Position numbers and translations under genes: made by a program. A model generated the notes under the pieces. That model worked only from the letters and a program-made list of their open reading frames with translations, made no database searches and was not told the origin of the DNA. A stretch of DNA of 64,000 nucleotides from Vicugna vicugna (taxonomy: Eukaryota): contig MU058687.1 of assembly GCA_013265495.1 (NCBI GenBank), positions 5,268,093 to 5,332,092 on the forward strand, read 5' to 3'. Below are positions 11,345 to 23,616 of the stretch, piece by piece. Positions within the stretch are counted from its first letter, which is position 1. Each line of letters starts with the position of its first letter.

Positions 11345-11780
11345 GCAACTATATATTTTAAGAGACTTATCAACTAATCGCAATGCATAGGGCTAGGCCT
11401 TGTTGGGATTCTGATTTAAACAGCAAGTTAAACACACACACAAAGTAAGACATTGGGGGAATGTAAACACTAATTGGATACTTCATGTTATTGGGGAATC
11501 TCTGATTTTTTATTGTATGATAGTGGCAATTTAATTATGTTGTAAAACCAGAATAATAATCACTTATTAAGTCAACCTACTGGAATATTTTTCAGTGAAA
11601 TGCTATGTTTATCAGGAACTTGCTGTAGTAATCCAGGAGAGGGATAAGTGGATGGAGGTATATCTGAACATGACTGGTAATGAATTGGTGATCATTTTAC
11701 CTGGGTTATGGATAATTGGGTTCATTATTCAATTATCTCTACTTTCTCATAGGTTTGAAATTTTCCATATTAAAAGTTAA
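11345..11780 (+). mobile_element. Ancient L1MC4/5-type 3' UTR, right part
   Basis: aagagacttatcaactaatcgcaatg...gggattctgatttaaac...gtttgaaattttccatattaaaagtt; continues 4070-4496 across the TSD. Confidence 0.6.
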
Positions 11781-11789
11781 AAAAGAAAA

Positions 11790-12107
11790 ACAACCCTTTC
11801 AAAAGTTAGCTTATCAAGAAAAATATACCAAACCAACAAAATTTTGTTACCCAATATGCTTGGGAAATGCTATGTTAAACAAATTTAGATTTTTCTCTAG
11901 CTGCAGGACTTCTCAGTCTTTACTATCTATGCTCTTGTACATGGGTAATCTCCAATGCGAGAATATATGTGACCACCTCAGCCAGCCCCCCAGGTAGAAC
12001 CACGTGTGTAAAGCTCTTCCTGCCCCTTTTCCAGGCCACAGAACTCATTTATCATAGAACATCTCTAAGATGGATGCCCTATTGAAGAGCCACTTTGGGA
12101 AACTCAT
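11790..12107. mobile_element. MER103-like hAT-Charlie MITE
   Basis: ttgggaaatgctatgttaaacaaa...ctgcaggacttctcag...cactttgggaaac pattern. Confidence 0.55.
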
Positions 12108-12289
12108 GGCATCTTGGGTCATATCAGCCCAAGCAGAATGTCAATGTTGATCAAAGCAAGTGTTCTGATGTGCACAGGCGGCATTACACCAGGAAGCCTA
12201 TATTCCTTTTGGGGCTCTGTGTTTCTAAAGAGTGACCAGAATAATGAGGATAACTGAAATCAAATAATCTGAGAAGTTAAGATTAAGCT

Positions 12290-13192
12290 GGAGAAAAAAA
12301 CAGGAAATATAGAATAATGTGTCTCCAAAGATCTGAAGGGCAAATGGAAAAACTTTAGATTGTTTGGGTAACCACAGAGGCTAAGATGAAACCAATGGGA
12401 AGTTAAAGCATTTAGCTAAACAGAAAGATTTTGCTAATCAGAAAGAAGAGGTTTATGTCCATCAACAAAGGACTGGATAAAGAAGATGTGGTATATTTAT
12501 ACGACGGAATACTATTCAGCCATAAAAACGACAACATAACGCCATTTGCAGCAACATGGATGCTCCTGGAGAATGTCATTCTAAGTGAAGTAAGCCAGAA
12601 AGAGAAAGAAAAATACCATATGAGACCGCTCATATGTGGAATCTAAAATTTAACAACAACAACAACAAAAGAACATAAATACAAAACAGAAACAGACTCA
12701 TAGACATAGAATACAAACTTGTGGTTGCCAAGGGGGCGAAGGGTAGGAAGGGACAGACTGGGAGTTCAAAATTTGTAGATACTGACAGGCATATGTAGAA
12801 TAGATAAACAAGATTATACTGTATAGCACAGGGAAATATATACAAGATCTTGTGGTAGCTCACAGTGAAAAAAAATGTGACAATGAATATATGTATGTTA
12901 ATATGTAACTGAAAAAATGTGCTCTACACTGGAATTTGACACAACATTGTAAAATGACTATAACTCAATTAAAAAATGTTTAAAAAAAAAAAAAAGAAAG
13001 AAGAGGTTTAAGCAGTTGCCCGAGGATGGAATGGGTTGTCTTAACAGGTAGTAAACATTTGTCATCGATGGGATAATCAATCAGGGACTGGATGACTCTT
13101 TGCAGAGAATATTAGCGAGGGCTTTCTGGAAACAATGGCTGTGCCAAATAATCTCTGAGGTCCTTCTCCATCCTCAAAGTTATGATTCTAAA
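12290..13192 (+). mobile_element. CR1/L3 3' fragment, split by the L1 at 12456-12994
   Basis: Ends ctctgaggtccttctccatcctcaaagttatgattcta, a CR1/L3-type 3' terminus. Confidence 0.5.
12456..12994 (+). mobile_element. Young 5'-truncated L1 (same family as 6971-10445)
   Basis: ORF2 C-terminus (PFAATWMLLENVILSEVSQKEKEKYH), 3' UTR and poly(A). Perfect 16-bp TSD agaaagaagaggttta at 12440-12455 and 12995-13010. Confidence 0.95.
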
Positions 13193-15438
13193 TGGATTTT
13201 TTTGTGTGTGTATCAATAATCTTAAAACCAAGAATAATTCATGGGGTTGCTAGGACTCCAAATAAACTTTTCCATCTGTGCTCTTATGTTTCAGTGTGCT
13301 TCGAACAGTGAAGAAATTATTCTCTAAAAAATTCTTTCTCCCTTAGGATCTCCTCTCTTTCTGCAGTGACATTGTGATTGATCACTACACTATCATAAGG
13401 GAAGAGAAGTTTGAAAAAAAGAATCTGGGGCCTGTGTCCTGGCTCCAACGAAAACTATCTGCATGCCTTCCCGCAGGCCATGAAGTATCCCTCAGCCTCA
13501 ACTTCTTCATCCACAAAATGGTACAGTTGGCCAAGATTGTTTCTAAAGTGACTTTTTAACAATTAGCGGGAGCCACACTGCAGAAAATGTTCAAATTTTA
13601 TTTACCAAAAGCCAAAGAAGTGATTTTTAATGGAAAGATAAGGGAATTAGTATTTGCTAAGTACTAAGCCAATTTGAGATGTTGTATTCACATTGCATGC
13701 TTATTTGAATGTCAGGAAAATAGGGAGTGTCATGACCTATTAAAAAGGTTACCAACACTAAGACACAGAGAGATTGAGCAGACTGGAAAGGGTCATACAG
13801 CTCGTAAAGGCAAGTTCTTTCCATTACATCACATTATGAAATCCTCTAGCCTTGTTCAACAAAGCTTTCACCTCCTGGAATTTTATGTTTATTAATTATA
13901 ATATATCCAGGTCACTCATGTTCTGTCTTATTTGCTTTTCCTTATTTTTTTCTTCATCTATTTCTGACTATTATTATTAAGCTTTTACTTCTTGCTTAGA
14001 TTGGTCATAAAGGGAGCTATGGTTTAAATATACATAAATGGTATTCTGTCCACCTTTTGTTTACTACTAGAACCTCACATTTGTAGGACTGCTCTTTCAG
14101 AAAATAATACAACTTTCAGAAAGAGAATTGTACGGTATCTTTTTTTACAAAGGCATTTTATCTTCCTAGTTATATAATTTTTTTCCAAAAGTAAGTGTGA
14201 GCTGTTTAGTAAGTACTTCATATCAGCCAATTCCCTAATAATCTCAGGTGGCTGTCTAGCCACTTATAAATGTGCAAATTTTCCAAGTTCTGTATTCCCT
14301 CATCTGATTGTTGCCAGTAGCTCTTTGGCAGGATTTTCATTACATCCTAATAGTCCAAATTTGTTTGCTTCATTTTTTTCCTGTTAAAACTAGATTCAAA
14401 GAATGAGTTCAGACCCTCAGCCACTTTAGAACCGTCATCAATTTCATACCCATCTTCACTGTCTAGCAGCCTTCATGTCCTCCGTCTCTGTATGTCCCCG
14501 GGAGTATTTCAAAAAGCCTTCTTTGGTACTCCACAACCTGTGTTAACAGTAGTCATTTCACTACCTTTATCTTTTTCCACCAACTTTTAACTGATGTGGA
14601 ATATTTTCACTCTGCGCTCTCCTTTTTAGTCATGTCAAGCGAGAATTTTGCTCTCTCATCAGTCTTCTGTGATACTACCTCGAGTGTGTCAGGCAATTAA
14701 CATCGCTGTTTTTCAGAAGAATTGAAGCACTATCCTGATAATTTGGGCTCGAGCTCCACTTCCGCCTGAAATGTCTAGATAATTGCAGCGTCTGCGGGTG
14801 TTGGTGGAGTTTCTTTCTGCTTGAATTATCCAAATCATTGCCTTAATTCTCCGCTTTGCTTATCTTATCGAGACATAAACACAATGCAAGCAGATCTAGA
14901 AAAATGCAGGAACCAAGGGGGTTTTGTGTGGGGTCTTTATTCTGCTGAAGGCTATGATTTTATCACCTCTTCCTCTGAAAGGAAGCGCCTGGAGTCCCCG
15001 CTGCGCACTGCCCTGGTACCCTTCCGTGTTGGGTATCCTCTCTGGGCAAACCGCCGCTCAGCTGGCGGGGACCCAAGAGAGTTTCTCACGTAACCCAGGA
15101 TATTTTTTGGTTATCTTCAACATGTGTCTTTGATGAATCATAATATCCAGAGAATGTCATGGATAAAAGGAGCCCAGAATATCAACCAGCCTCCCTCTGC
15201 TGCCACCACCATTTCACGGATGCTGTAAGTGAGACCTTCAGGGTTAAAGTAACTACATACATTTTCATAGAAAATCAATGCAGAGGCAAGACCACACACA
15301 GGTTGTAAGTTAACTGTGAACCAAAACAAAACAAAAACCCCAAGCCAGTTTACTTAATTATGTTTACTCTAAGCGCTTAGGAAGCAAAACGCCAGTGTAG
15401 CTTGTGTACAATGTGATTAGGGAAAGCTGGGATGAGTG

Positions 15439-15452
15439 GCGCCACCTCCTGC
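15439..15452 (-). promoter_or_regulatory. Candidate CTCF site (GCAGGAGGTGGCGC)
   Basis: Matches the CCASYAGRKGGCRC core at 12 of 14 positions, within CpG-retaining unique sequence. Confidence 0.45.
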
Positions 15453-16679
15453 GCTCTCCCACTTCTTGCTGAATAATTCGGGGTAAAAAGGAGAATGAGA
15501 GCGACCCACGCGCACATTTCCTTCAGACCGAGTAGCACAAAGTTCGAAGAGCTATGTTTCGATTCTCTTCCTCATTCTCTGTAAGTCTCTGCAAGAAGCC
15601 AGCTCTCAACCACCGGCTAAAACTCTGAAGCCAGCACAGCTCCAATTTTGGAAACTGCAGTATCTAAATTTAGATTGGACACCAGCGAGGAAGATGAGTC
15701 CTTGCTACAGCTCCTTCCAATAGCTATGGAAAGAGGAAGGTGAGCCCAGCCATCAGAAGTCTAAGGCTCTGAATGAGGCATTCCTCTCCGTCTACACCTA
15801 CATCTGACTTCCACGGAAGACCTCATCTTCCTGTCGCCTGTCTTTCTGCTACATGAGCGCGCGCGCGTGTGTGTATGTGTGTATTCACACGCTCCTCCTT
15901 TGCAGCCCAGCTCTAGGTGTCCAAGCAAAGGCTTGGATTTTTCCATCTTGCCCTTCAACTTGGAATCCCTGCAGAAGGAACTGCTGACAGTGAACACTGC
16001 CCACCACTAGAGAGCAGCCAAAGCCAACATTTTCCTGGGCAAAAACCTCTGTTTCGTAAGTTATTTTCAAAGGAGCCAGGTTCTTTTGGTCTTCTCTTCT
16101 TTTTCACCTTCAGTCTTTCTTTGAGCAAAACACTCCACCAGTCTCCTTCACCAGGGAGCATTCTGTATGCCTATTCAGGTGTTACGAGGACAGTGAACAT
16201 TGCTCATTCGGCCAGAGAAGCCACTGTCAAAAACATTTGTTCTTGAAATCTCCATGCTTTTATTCCATCAGCACAATCAAGCTGACCTATGTGAATCCTA
16301 AAATGTTGAAGACGAAGATAATTTTACAGTTGAAAAAAAATGAGCTATTCCCATTAATCTATGAGGAAACAAAATCAGATCCTGGTTGGTTCTGCCTTAA
16401 ACCTCTCTAGGGGGACTGACAGCACACAGACCGAAGCAGATCCCTAAGCACACCTCCGGTGTGACTTATTCCTATGGACAACGTGATTTTTTTTCAATGT
16501 TAATAAAGACAAGGATTGTGCCTCATATAGGCTGCCTTTCAAATTTTAGTAGATCTGTGTCTACATTATCTAGTTTACTTCAATAAACAGTAAAAGAATA
16601 ATTTTTGGTTGGTTAGCCTGGCATTGTGCAGACAGAATCCTCTAGTCTTTGAGAGTGAAAGGTAAAGGAGAGAAAGGAG

Positions 16680-16900
16680 GTAGTGTGGCTGAAGAGTCAG
16701 GATTGTGGGCTGTGTATATGATGTTAGACTTAATAGATTTATAAAGCTAAACCGCCACGTTCCTGGGGTCAACCTCAGGTAAAGTATCGAAGCTCTCTCT
16801 AAACCTTAGTTTCTTCCTCTGTAGGGTAGGGGCCACAACCGGCTTTTACAGGAGGACTGCCATGAGGGTTAAAGGAAGCAATGTGTGCGATGCACTTAAT
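16680..16900 (+). mobile_element. MIR SINE
   Basis: Core ctctctaaaccttagtttcttcctctgtag...catgagggttaaaggaagcaatgtgtg. Confidence 0.65.
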
Positions 16901-17120
16901 AAAAGATTAGCCATGGCTGCTCCGAGGGTTTACCATGTGTCAGGCTTCCCACTGCTTTCTTTCTGCCTTCTACCTCACGTTTCTTTATGCTTTGTTACCA
17001 CTTTATGTCCATTTCAATTTTAATTTTGTTAAAATTCATAAAACATATGTTACTTTTCAGGTATAATTCTGATCCTCAGGAGGTTACAATGTAGTTTTTA
17101 AAAGAGATGAAGAAATATGA

Positions 17121-17277
17121 CAGGGAAATATACACAAAATGTTATGATAAATCACAGAGAAAAAAATGTGACAATGAGTGTGTATATGTCCATGAATGAC
17201 TGAAAAATTGTGCTGAACACTGGAATTTGACACAACACTGTAAAATGATTATGAATCAATAAAAAATGTAAAAAAAA
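17121..17277 (+). mobile_element. Very short (157 bp) young L1 3' end
   Basis: Same 3' UTR as 12830-12994, with poly(A). TSD aagaaatatga at 17110-17120 and 17278-17288. Confidence 0.9.
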
Positions 17278-18649
17278 AAGAAATATGAAGGAAAGAAATA
17301 CAAAGAAGTCACATCTTACAATATTTGATTTTGCAGGGGACACGTAAGACAGAGTTGTATGTTAACAAAATTACCCTCAGGACTCCCCAGTGCCCGTAAA
17401 ATTTAGTTCTGCATACATGAGTCCATTTTTAACTCTGCATTTCCTGGTGTTTCTTTATGGTTCACATTAATCCTCAATATCCTTGATATTGCTATCAGCA
17501 GGGAATTGCTTGACCACTTGAACCAGTGGAACACATTTTGTCATGACAGAGAACTCTGAAATGTATTCACTCATTCCTTCCGTGGGATTCACCAACAGAT
17601 GTGAACTCTTTGGGGTTTGATTGCATTCATCGCCTGTTAGCATAGATGTTGTAAGAGCAGCATTGCCAAGTGCCTTGAGTTGGAGCCTTCTAACTGATGC
17701 CCCAAGCAATGTGGCTCCTCTCTGGGTGCTAAATGGAAGTCCAGTTCACATGTTGTTAACGCACAAGATAAAGTTCAAACAATTATCACCGCAGGGAATT
17801 AGGGAAGGGTCCACAAAAGATAGATAGACTTGAATGATGAGTTGCATTTTAATAAACGGAAAAAAAATAAAAAACAAGGATGGAGAAGAAAAGGATGGCA
17901 CACTAGGCTGAGGGAAGAGAATCATTAAAGGCAGAGAGAAAGAAGGAAAAACAGCATTCACTGATTAACTCCTATGTAAACTAGTTAGACCCCTGGATAC
18001 CTTTAACTCATTTCATTGTCTTCACAAGCCTAAAAGGTTTACAGGAATAGACCTATTTTGCAAATTGAGGGAACAGGAGACGGAGGCTACAACCAGCAGC
18101 AAAATCAGGATTTGTATTCAGATTGGCAGGATTCCAACCTTCATGCCCATTACACCACATAGCCAGAGGCATAAAGGACTGTAATTACAGAGGAGGAGAT
18201 GCTGAAATAAAAGCAAAAACAACTGCATTGTCTCCTTGAAAGACAACAAACACTTTAACAGGGTTTTCTTTTTTATTAGAAAGGCTTGCTAAACATTAGA
18301 AATGATCACCAAAAAGCGCTGCTTTTTCCTCCTATGACGGAGATTTGCTTGTACAAGATCAACAACCCTTAGCGACCACGGCTACTCAAGGGGCTAGTTA
18401 AAGGAAAATAAATCAAAATTTTATAGACTAAAAAAAATCAAAAGCTAGTTAGAGAATAAGAGATGATGAGGGGAAAAGAAGCTGTGGATAAGAAAAGAAC
18501 CTAACCGTTATGATCATAAAGCTCATGAATTTGAAATAAAGATATTTTCTTCCTAATGCTGCTCCACTATGAATTAAGGTGTCTCAAGTCTAAACTCCCA
18601 GTCCTTCCTTAAGTAGTTACAAAGATCCCATTTTTATGATTCCAAAGAC

Positions 18650-18890
18650 ACAGCCCAAAAGTCACCTCTTCTTAGAAGCCTTATTTAATCCCTTAGAGCT
18701 GGAATACACCTCTCATTTCTTTGAACTCTTAAGAGAGTGTTTGTTTGGGTCTGTCTGGGTTATTTATTGATGGTTTATCTTTCCTGTTGGACTGTAAGAT
18801 CCTGGAAGCTATGGTAAGGATGATTCATGACTTCATGCCTAAGCTCCACTTTACACACAGTAAGCACTCAAAATATTCGTTGGGTGAATG
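18650..18890 (+). mobile_element. L2 3' end
   Basis: ggactgtaagatcctggaag...cagtaagcactcaaaatattcgttgggtgaatg. Confidence 0.65.
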
Positions 18891-19197
18891 CTGAAAGTGT
18901 TTCAAATGGGTCAACATCAGTTTTCAAATGGAATGTCATGAATACATGAATTATTTTCAGCTTGTTTTTTTTTTCATTAGCGGTCACATGGTCACTGAAG
19001 TAATCATAGATACCATAACATCCCAGGTGATGGATTGCACTGCTGAACCAATAAACTTGCTGAATCTGGATTTCCAAAAACAGAAATGACTTTAAAAGAT
19101 TCAGAATTCTGCATATACCTAGTTATAGGCAAAATAAATAATGTTAATGGTCCAACAGTGGTGGTAGCTTTTGTTCAAGCCACCTAATGAAATTTGG

Positions 19198-19250
19198 TGG
19201 TTCCATAAATTCAATGGTTCCGTATTTCCAAATGGTTCCATAATTTCAAA
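19198..19250. repeat. Degenerate 3-copy 17-18-bp tandem repeat
   Basis: tggttccataaattcaa / tggttccgtatttccaaa / tggttccataatttcaaa. Confidence 0.75.
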
Positions 19251-19684
19251 CTTCAATACACTTTTAGCAGCGGCATTTAAAACATATAAGGAGAAAAGCA
19301 ATGAGACTTTAGTCGTGGTGAAAAACAAGATCAGCAACTATATGGACAAAAATCCAAGCCCATGGGCGAGGCTGAAGCACAAGACTCCTGGGATTTGTTG
19401 GCAAAAAGAAACGGGGCCACTTAGATCTGGCTGCTACAGAGAACTGGTGACTGAGAGGGGCTTGAAGAGAAGGGGATGGGACAAGGCTGCTGTTTGAGCC
19501 ACAGAAAGATGGCTCTTTTCACCTGGAAAAAGCATAGGTGTGTGTGGGAGGGGAGGCAGTGGCTGCCTTGGTGTAACAGCTTTTTCGTGGAGGGAAAATT
19601 TATTTTGCAAAAGTTTCAGTTTACAGGGAGATTTTTAGAGGAGTAGAAAGGACTCCTACATAATCTCCATCTACCCCAGTTGTT

Positions 19685-20083
19685 CCTTTCTCTTCCTGTT
19701 TTACTGAGATATAATTGGCATACAGCACTGTATAAGTTTAAGGTGTACAGTACAACGATCTGACTTACATCATGAAATGATTAACACAGCAAGTTTAGTG
19801 AATATCCATCACGAAACTAAAGAAATGGGAAGAAAGTATTCTTGCTTATGATGAGAATTCAGAACTTGCTCCCTTAAAAATTCATGTATATAACATTCAG
19901 CAGTGTTAATTATACTTACCATGTTGTACATTACCTCCCTAGTACTTATTTATCTTATAACTGAAAGTTTGTACCTTTTCACTGCTTTCATCCAATTCCC
20001 CATCACCACCCCCAACTTTGGTAACCACAAATCTTACTTCTTTTTCTAAATTTTTTGTTTGTTTGTGAAGTCTTAGTTAGATG
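19685..20083 (-). mobile_element. Older L1 3' end (L1MA-type)
   Basis: tttactgagatataattggcatacagcactgtataagtttaaggtgtacag...; TSD ccccagttgtt at 19674-19684 and 20084-20094. Confidence 0.85.
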
Positions 20084-20199
20084 CCCCAGTTGTTAACATT
20101 TCACTATGTTTGATTCACCTTCTGCGTACTCTGGGGATATGTCTATGGCTCTATGGAAGTTGTTCCCTGTTCAGCTCGTGGAATGTATCTTATACACGT

Positions 20200-20600
20200 A
20201 TGGCTGAATAACCAACAAAGGCTCAAAGCTCACCATATGCAGACTTCTGGAGCCATGTGTGAAGCAGTAGTAGTAGCTCTGTTCTCTGCAAAGCTAAATC
20301 ACCAGCCCTAAGACTTCTGCCTCCTGTGCCTCTGATTATTTACCTTAGCTCAGCGAGACTGCCACGTTCTTCCTGGAACTCCTTTCCCTCACTGTGGTCT
20401 AGAAGCTGCCTCCAGTTAGAGAGTCAGGTAAATCCTAGGGCCCTGTTTCCATGCTCTCAGGGTCCTTGTCTGATCTGTCAATTTTCTGATATATGTAAAC
20501 AGTTGGTTAATATATTTTTGTTCAGTGCACCAGTTTAACATGGGAGGGTAAGTTTACATCCTGTCACATTCTCATGGCCAGAAGTAGAAAACTGTCCTCT
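20200..20600 (-). mobile_element. Ancient L1 5'-end fragment (L1M4/L1ME-type)
   Basis: ctcagcgagactgcc...gtctagaagctgcctccag...tcatggccagaagtagaa pattern of old L1 5' ends. Confidence 0.5.
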
Positions 20601-21199
20601 TTAGTCTCTTCTCCCCGAGGAGCATTGCCTGTCTAACACAACGTTCTAGGGCTCTGGTCTACCAGGACGGTTTCTCACTATTTTTGTATTTATAGTAAAT
20701 TTTGTCTTTCTGTGTGTGGTTTTACTTCAGTCTTCCCTTTCTGCATGCTTTTGCTTTTCCCTTCTTGTTTTCTATAAAGACTCATTATGGGAGATCAAGA
20801 ATTAGCTCTGCTCAAAATTATTGTTTATTTTACTTACAGGTAATTTGAGGTTTATAATATTTTTCTGTCTTCTAGTTACGACGAAGTTGGGGATTTGTGT
20901 GGTTTTATTTATTCTTCTTGCCATTTTTTATAATATTCTTGGGATATGTAGGAAAGACTGAGGTGGCTATTATTTTATGACTTCTTTGAAATTGTGATGA
21001 TAGCTTTAAAAATAAGGTATTATCCTAGGACACAGAAGGACAATGTAAAAGCTGCAAAATTGAAATGATAGTTAATCACATCTGCATTGTCTTCAGTATC
21101 ACCGGAGAGCAGAGTGCCTAAACTCCATTATAAGACCTGGATTTCCTTTTTAGATGTTTGGGGGTCTAGGTAGGGACACTTAAAGAATGTCAGATCTAT

Positions 21200-23220
21200 A
21201 TACATGCAGGAGTGGAGAGAACTTGCGAACAAAAGAATGACAGCCGCCAACAAAATCAATCATCAAAACACAAATTATTTCCCTCATACAAAGTAATTAA
21301 TATCTAGGACAGATTAAGAAAGGCTATATGTTTTAAGATGCTCAAAGTAATAAAAGGAGAAATAATCCACAGTAAAAAAAATCTTATAAGAAACAAAAAT
21401 AGGAAAAATATGACAAGATGCAAAAATAAATTTGGATATTTTGGAGATCAAAAACTTCCATGGAAACTTAAACTGGACACTGTTGAAATCTACCATCCAA
21501 GAACTATCAGAAATTAGTAACATGCTGGCAGTCATATAATGTGAAATGTATATGTACTCAAACAAAATTAGGTTTATTTAGCTTACAACAAGGGAGAGCA
21601 TACCCTGCGAGAATCTCAGCCAAGGTAGCTGGTGGTGTGTTTGCGAATTGCCTGGATTATTCTAATGAGGAATTAAGGAAGCGGGGAAGACTTCTGGATT
21701 GGATATTGTTAAAGAGAGGCTAGCAAGTCAGCATTTGGGTATGTTAGTAATTCAATTGTTCATACGGTGGGAGGAACTAAGCAGCTGGGGTATCATCGCT
21801 AAGAAAATAACAACAACAGAAGAAACCATTGTCACCCATCACTACAGCTGCAGTAGGACCTCGTGTAGGAGAGGTGCTTGCCTTCCCTTGCCGTGTGGTA
21901 ATGATGATTCTATTTACAGTTTGTTACCAGCATTGCTGATTTTCACTATCTTTGAGAAATAGTGAACTGCAGTAGAGTCTAAAAGAATTCACTCAGAATT
22001 TAACGTGGAGAGTTAAAGATACATACATAAAGACAAAAAGAGGAACAAGGAAACTTGATCAAGGGTCTCCAAAGGAATGTCTGAGAAGCAACGTTTGAAG
22101 AGATCAGGGTTTTTGACAGAGAATTTTCTAGAACTGAGTAAAACATTATTGCTCAGATTGAAGTTCAGGCCAGTACTGAGTGGTAGTAAATATTTACAAC
22201 AATAACACTGTAGACATTAATAACAAGATGAAAAAAGGATATCCATGTAATTTTAAAGAGTGTTAGGTTCTTTGTCATGACCTGGAGTAGAAATAGAAAC
22301 ATGCTGTATCTTTAGATTTGTTAGAACAAATTATAAAACTTTATATATGAAAAAGTAAGATAACCTCTAATATAATAGAAACATTTTAACTCCTAAATAT
22401 GCAGAGAAAAATTAAGGGAATTTTTTTTCAATTATCATTGAAGGAAAACACAAGGAAACAGAAAAATAAGAGCCAAGAAGAAGAAGAACAAACAGTAAGC
22501 TTGAGTTAACAAATTGCAAATATGTTAGTGATTATGATAAATGTTAATTTACAGGTCAGAAGATAGAGTGTCCAAATCAACTTGTTAAAAAAATATGGCT
22601 TAACCGTCTTTATTTTTTAAAAAATTACGCAGACAAGTTAAGCATCACGGGGGTAGTAAAAGTTATATCAGGCAAGTACTAATCAAAACATAGCAGCTGT
22701 AGCTATAATTGCAGACAAGTTAGAATTTAAAGTAAAAATCTATGATAGAGGGAAAAAATGCACCAAGAAGGTTTAAATACCATGAATTTAGATGTACTTA
22801 CCAATTTAAAATGGAAATACCCAAAGCAAAAATTCACATACTTACAAAGATTCAAAATTGAGTGGGGGACTATGCTACTCTTCACCTCATAAAGTAGTAT
22901 AAGAAGCCAATAAAAATTAGTAAGTACAGTAAATTTGAATAATAAGATTAACGAGATCAATCTGACAGATTTTAAATAGAATGTTGTGCCCAATAAATAA
23001 AATATGCATTATTTTCAGGTACTCATGGAATATTTACAAAAATCACCAACAAGCAAGGTTTGACAAATTCCAAAGAAAACTATTATAGATCATATCCTCT
23101 AACCACAATTTGATTAGATTAAATAAATGATTCAAAATAGCACCTGCATTAAAAACAAACAAGAAAACATGCAAAAAGTTTGGAAATTCTAAAATGCACT
23201 CAGAAAATCCACCTAGTTCA
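21200..23220 (+). mobile_element. Highly degraded ancient L1 (ORF1 and endonuclease remnants), with a possible LTR-like insert at about 21540-21960
   Basis: A-rich + strand; gagaattttctagaactg and ttttcaggtactcatggaatatttacaaaaat are L1 ORF1/ORF2 landmarks. Confidence 0.55.
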
Positions 23221-23580
23221 AAATAAACTGGAAACTAAACTCAAATCACTCCCTACCCACTTCTACCACTGCATGTAATTAATAATCCTGACAGTCATAA
23301 GATCAGAAGCTCTGCTCTTTTGTATTACAACATGAGTTGCAGAAATTAAAGGGCTATGTTGTTTGATGGAGAAATAATGTGCTTGCTAATTTCTAGAATC
23401 AAAGAATTTTTGAAAGAACTAAGATTACTTTTGAGAAATGTGGTAAGAATTTTAAAAAGCCCTTGTATATTAATAAAAAATGTTTCTAATATGCTTGTAA
23501 CATTTTGGTATACGAGTGCTTTAAAGTACATACTGTACTATCTTTCAGTATTAAATACTGAAATAATAGCCTTCGGTAGG

Positions 23581-23616
23581 GAATTTCCTGGGTTAGTCGA
23601 ATTTCCTGGGTTAGTC
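23581..23616. repeat. Perfect 18-bp tandem duplication (gaatttcctgggttagtc x2)
   Basis: Read directly from the sequence. Confidence 0.95.

Noticed and set aside
19198..19250. Short direct repeats resembling a CRISPR array
   Set aside because: Three degenerate abutting units with no spacers or cas genes, in mammalian DNA.
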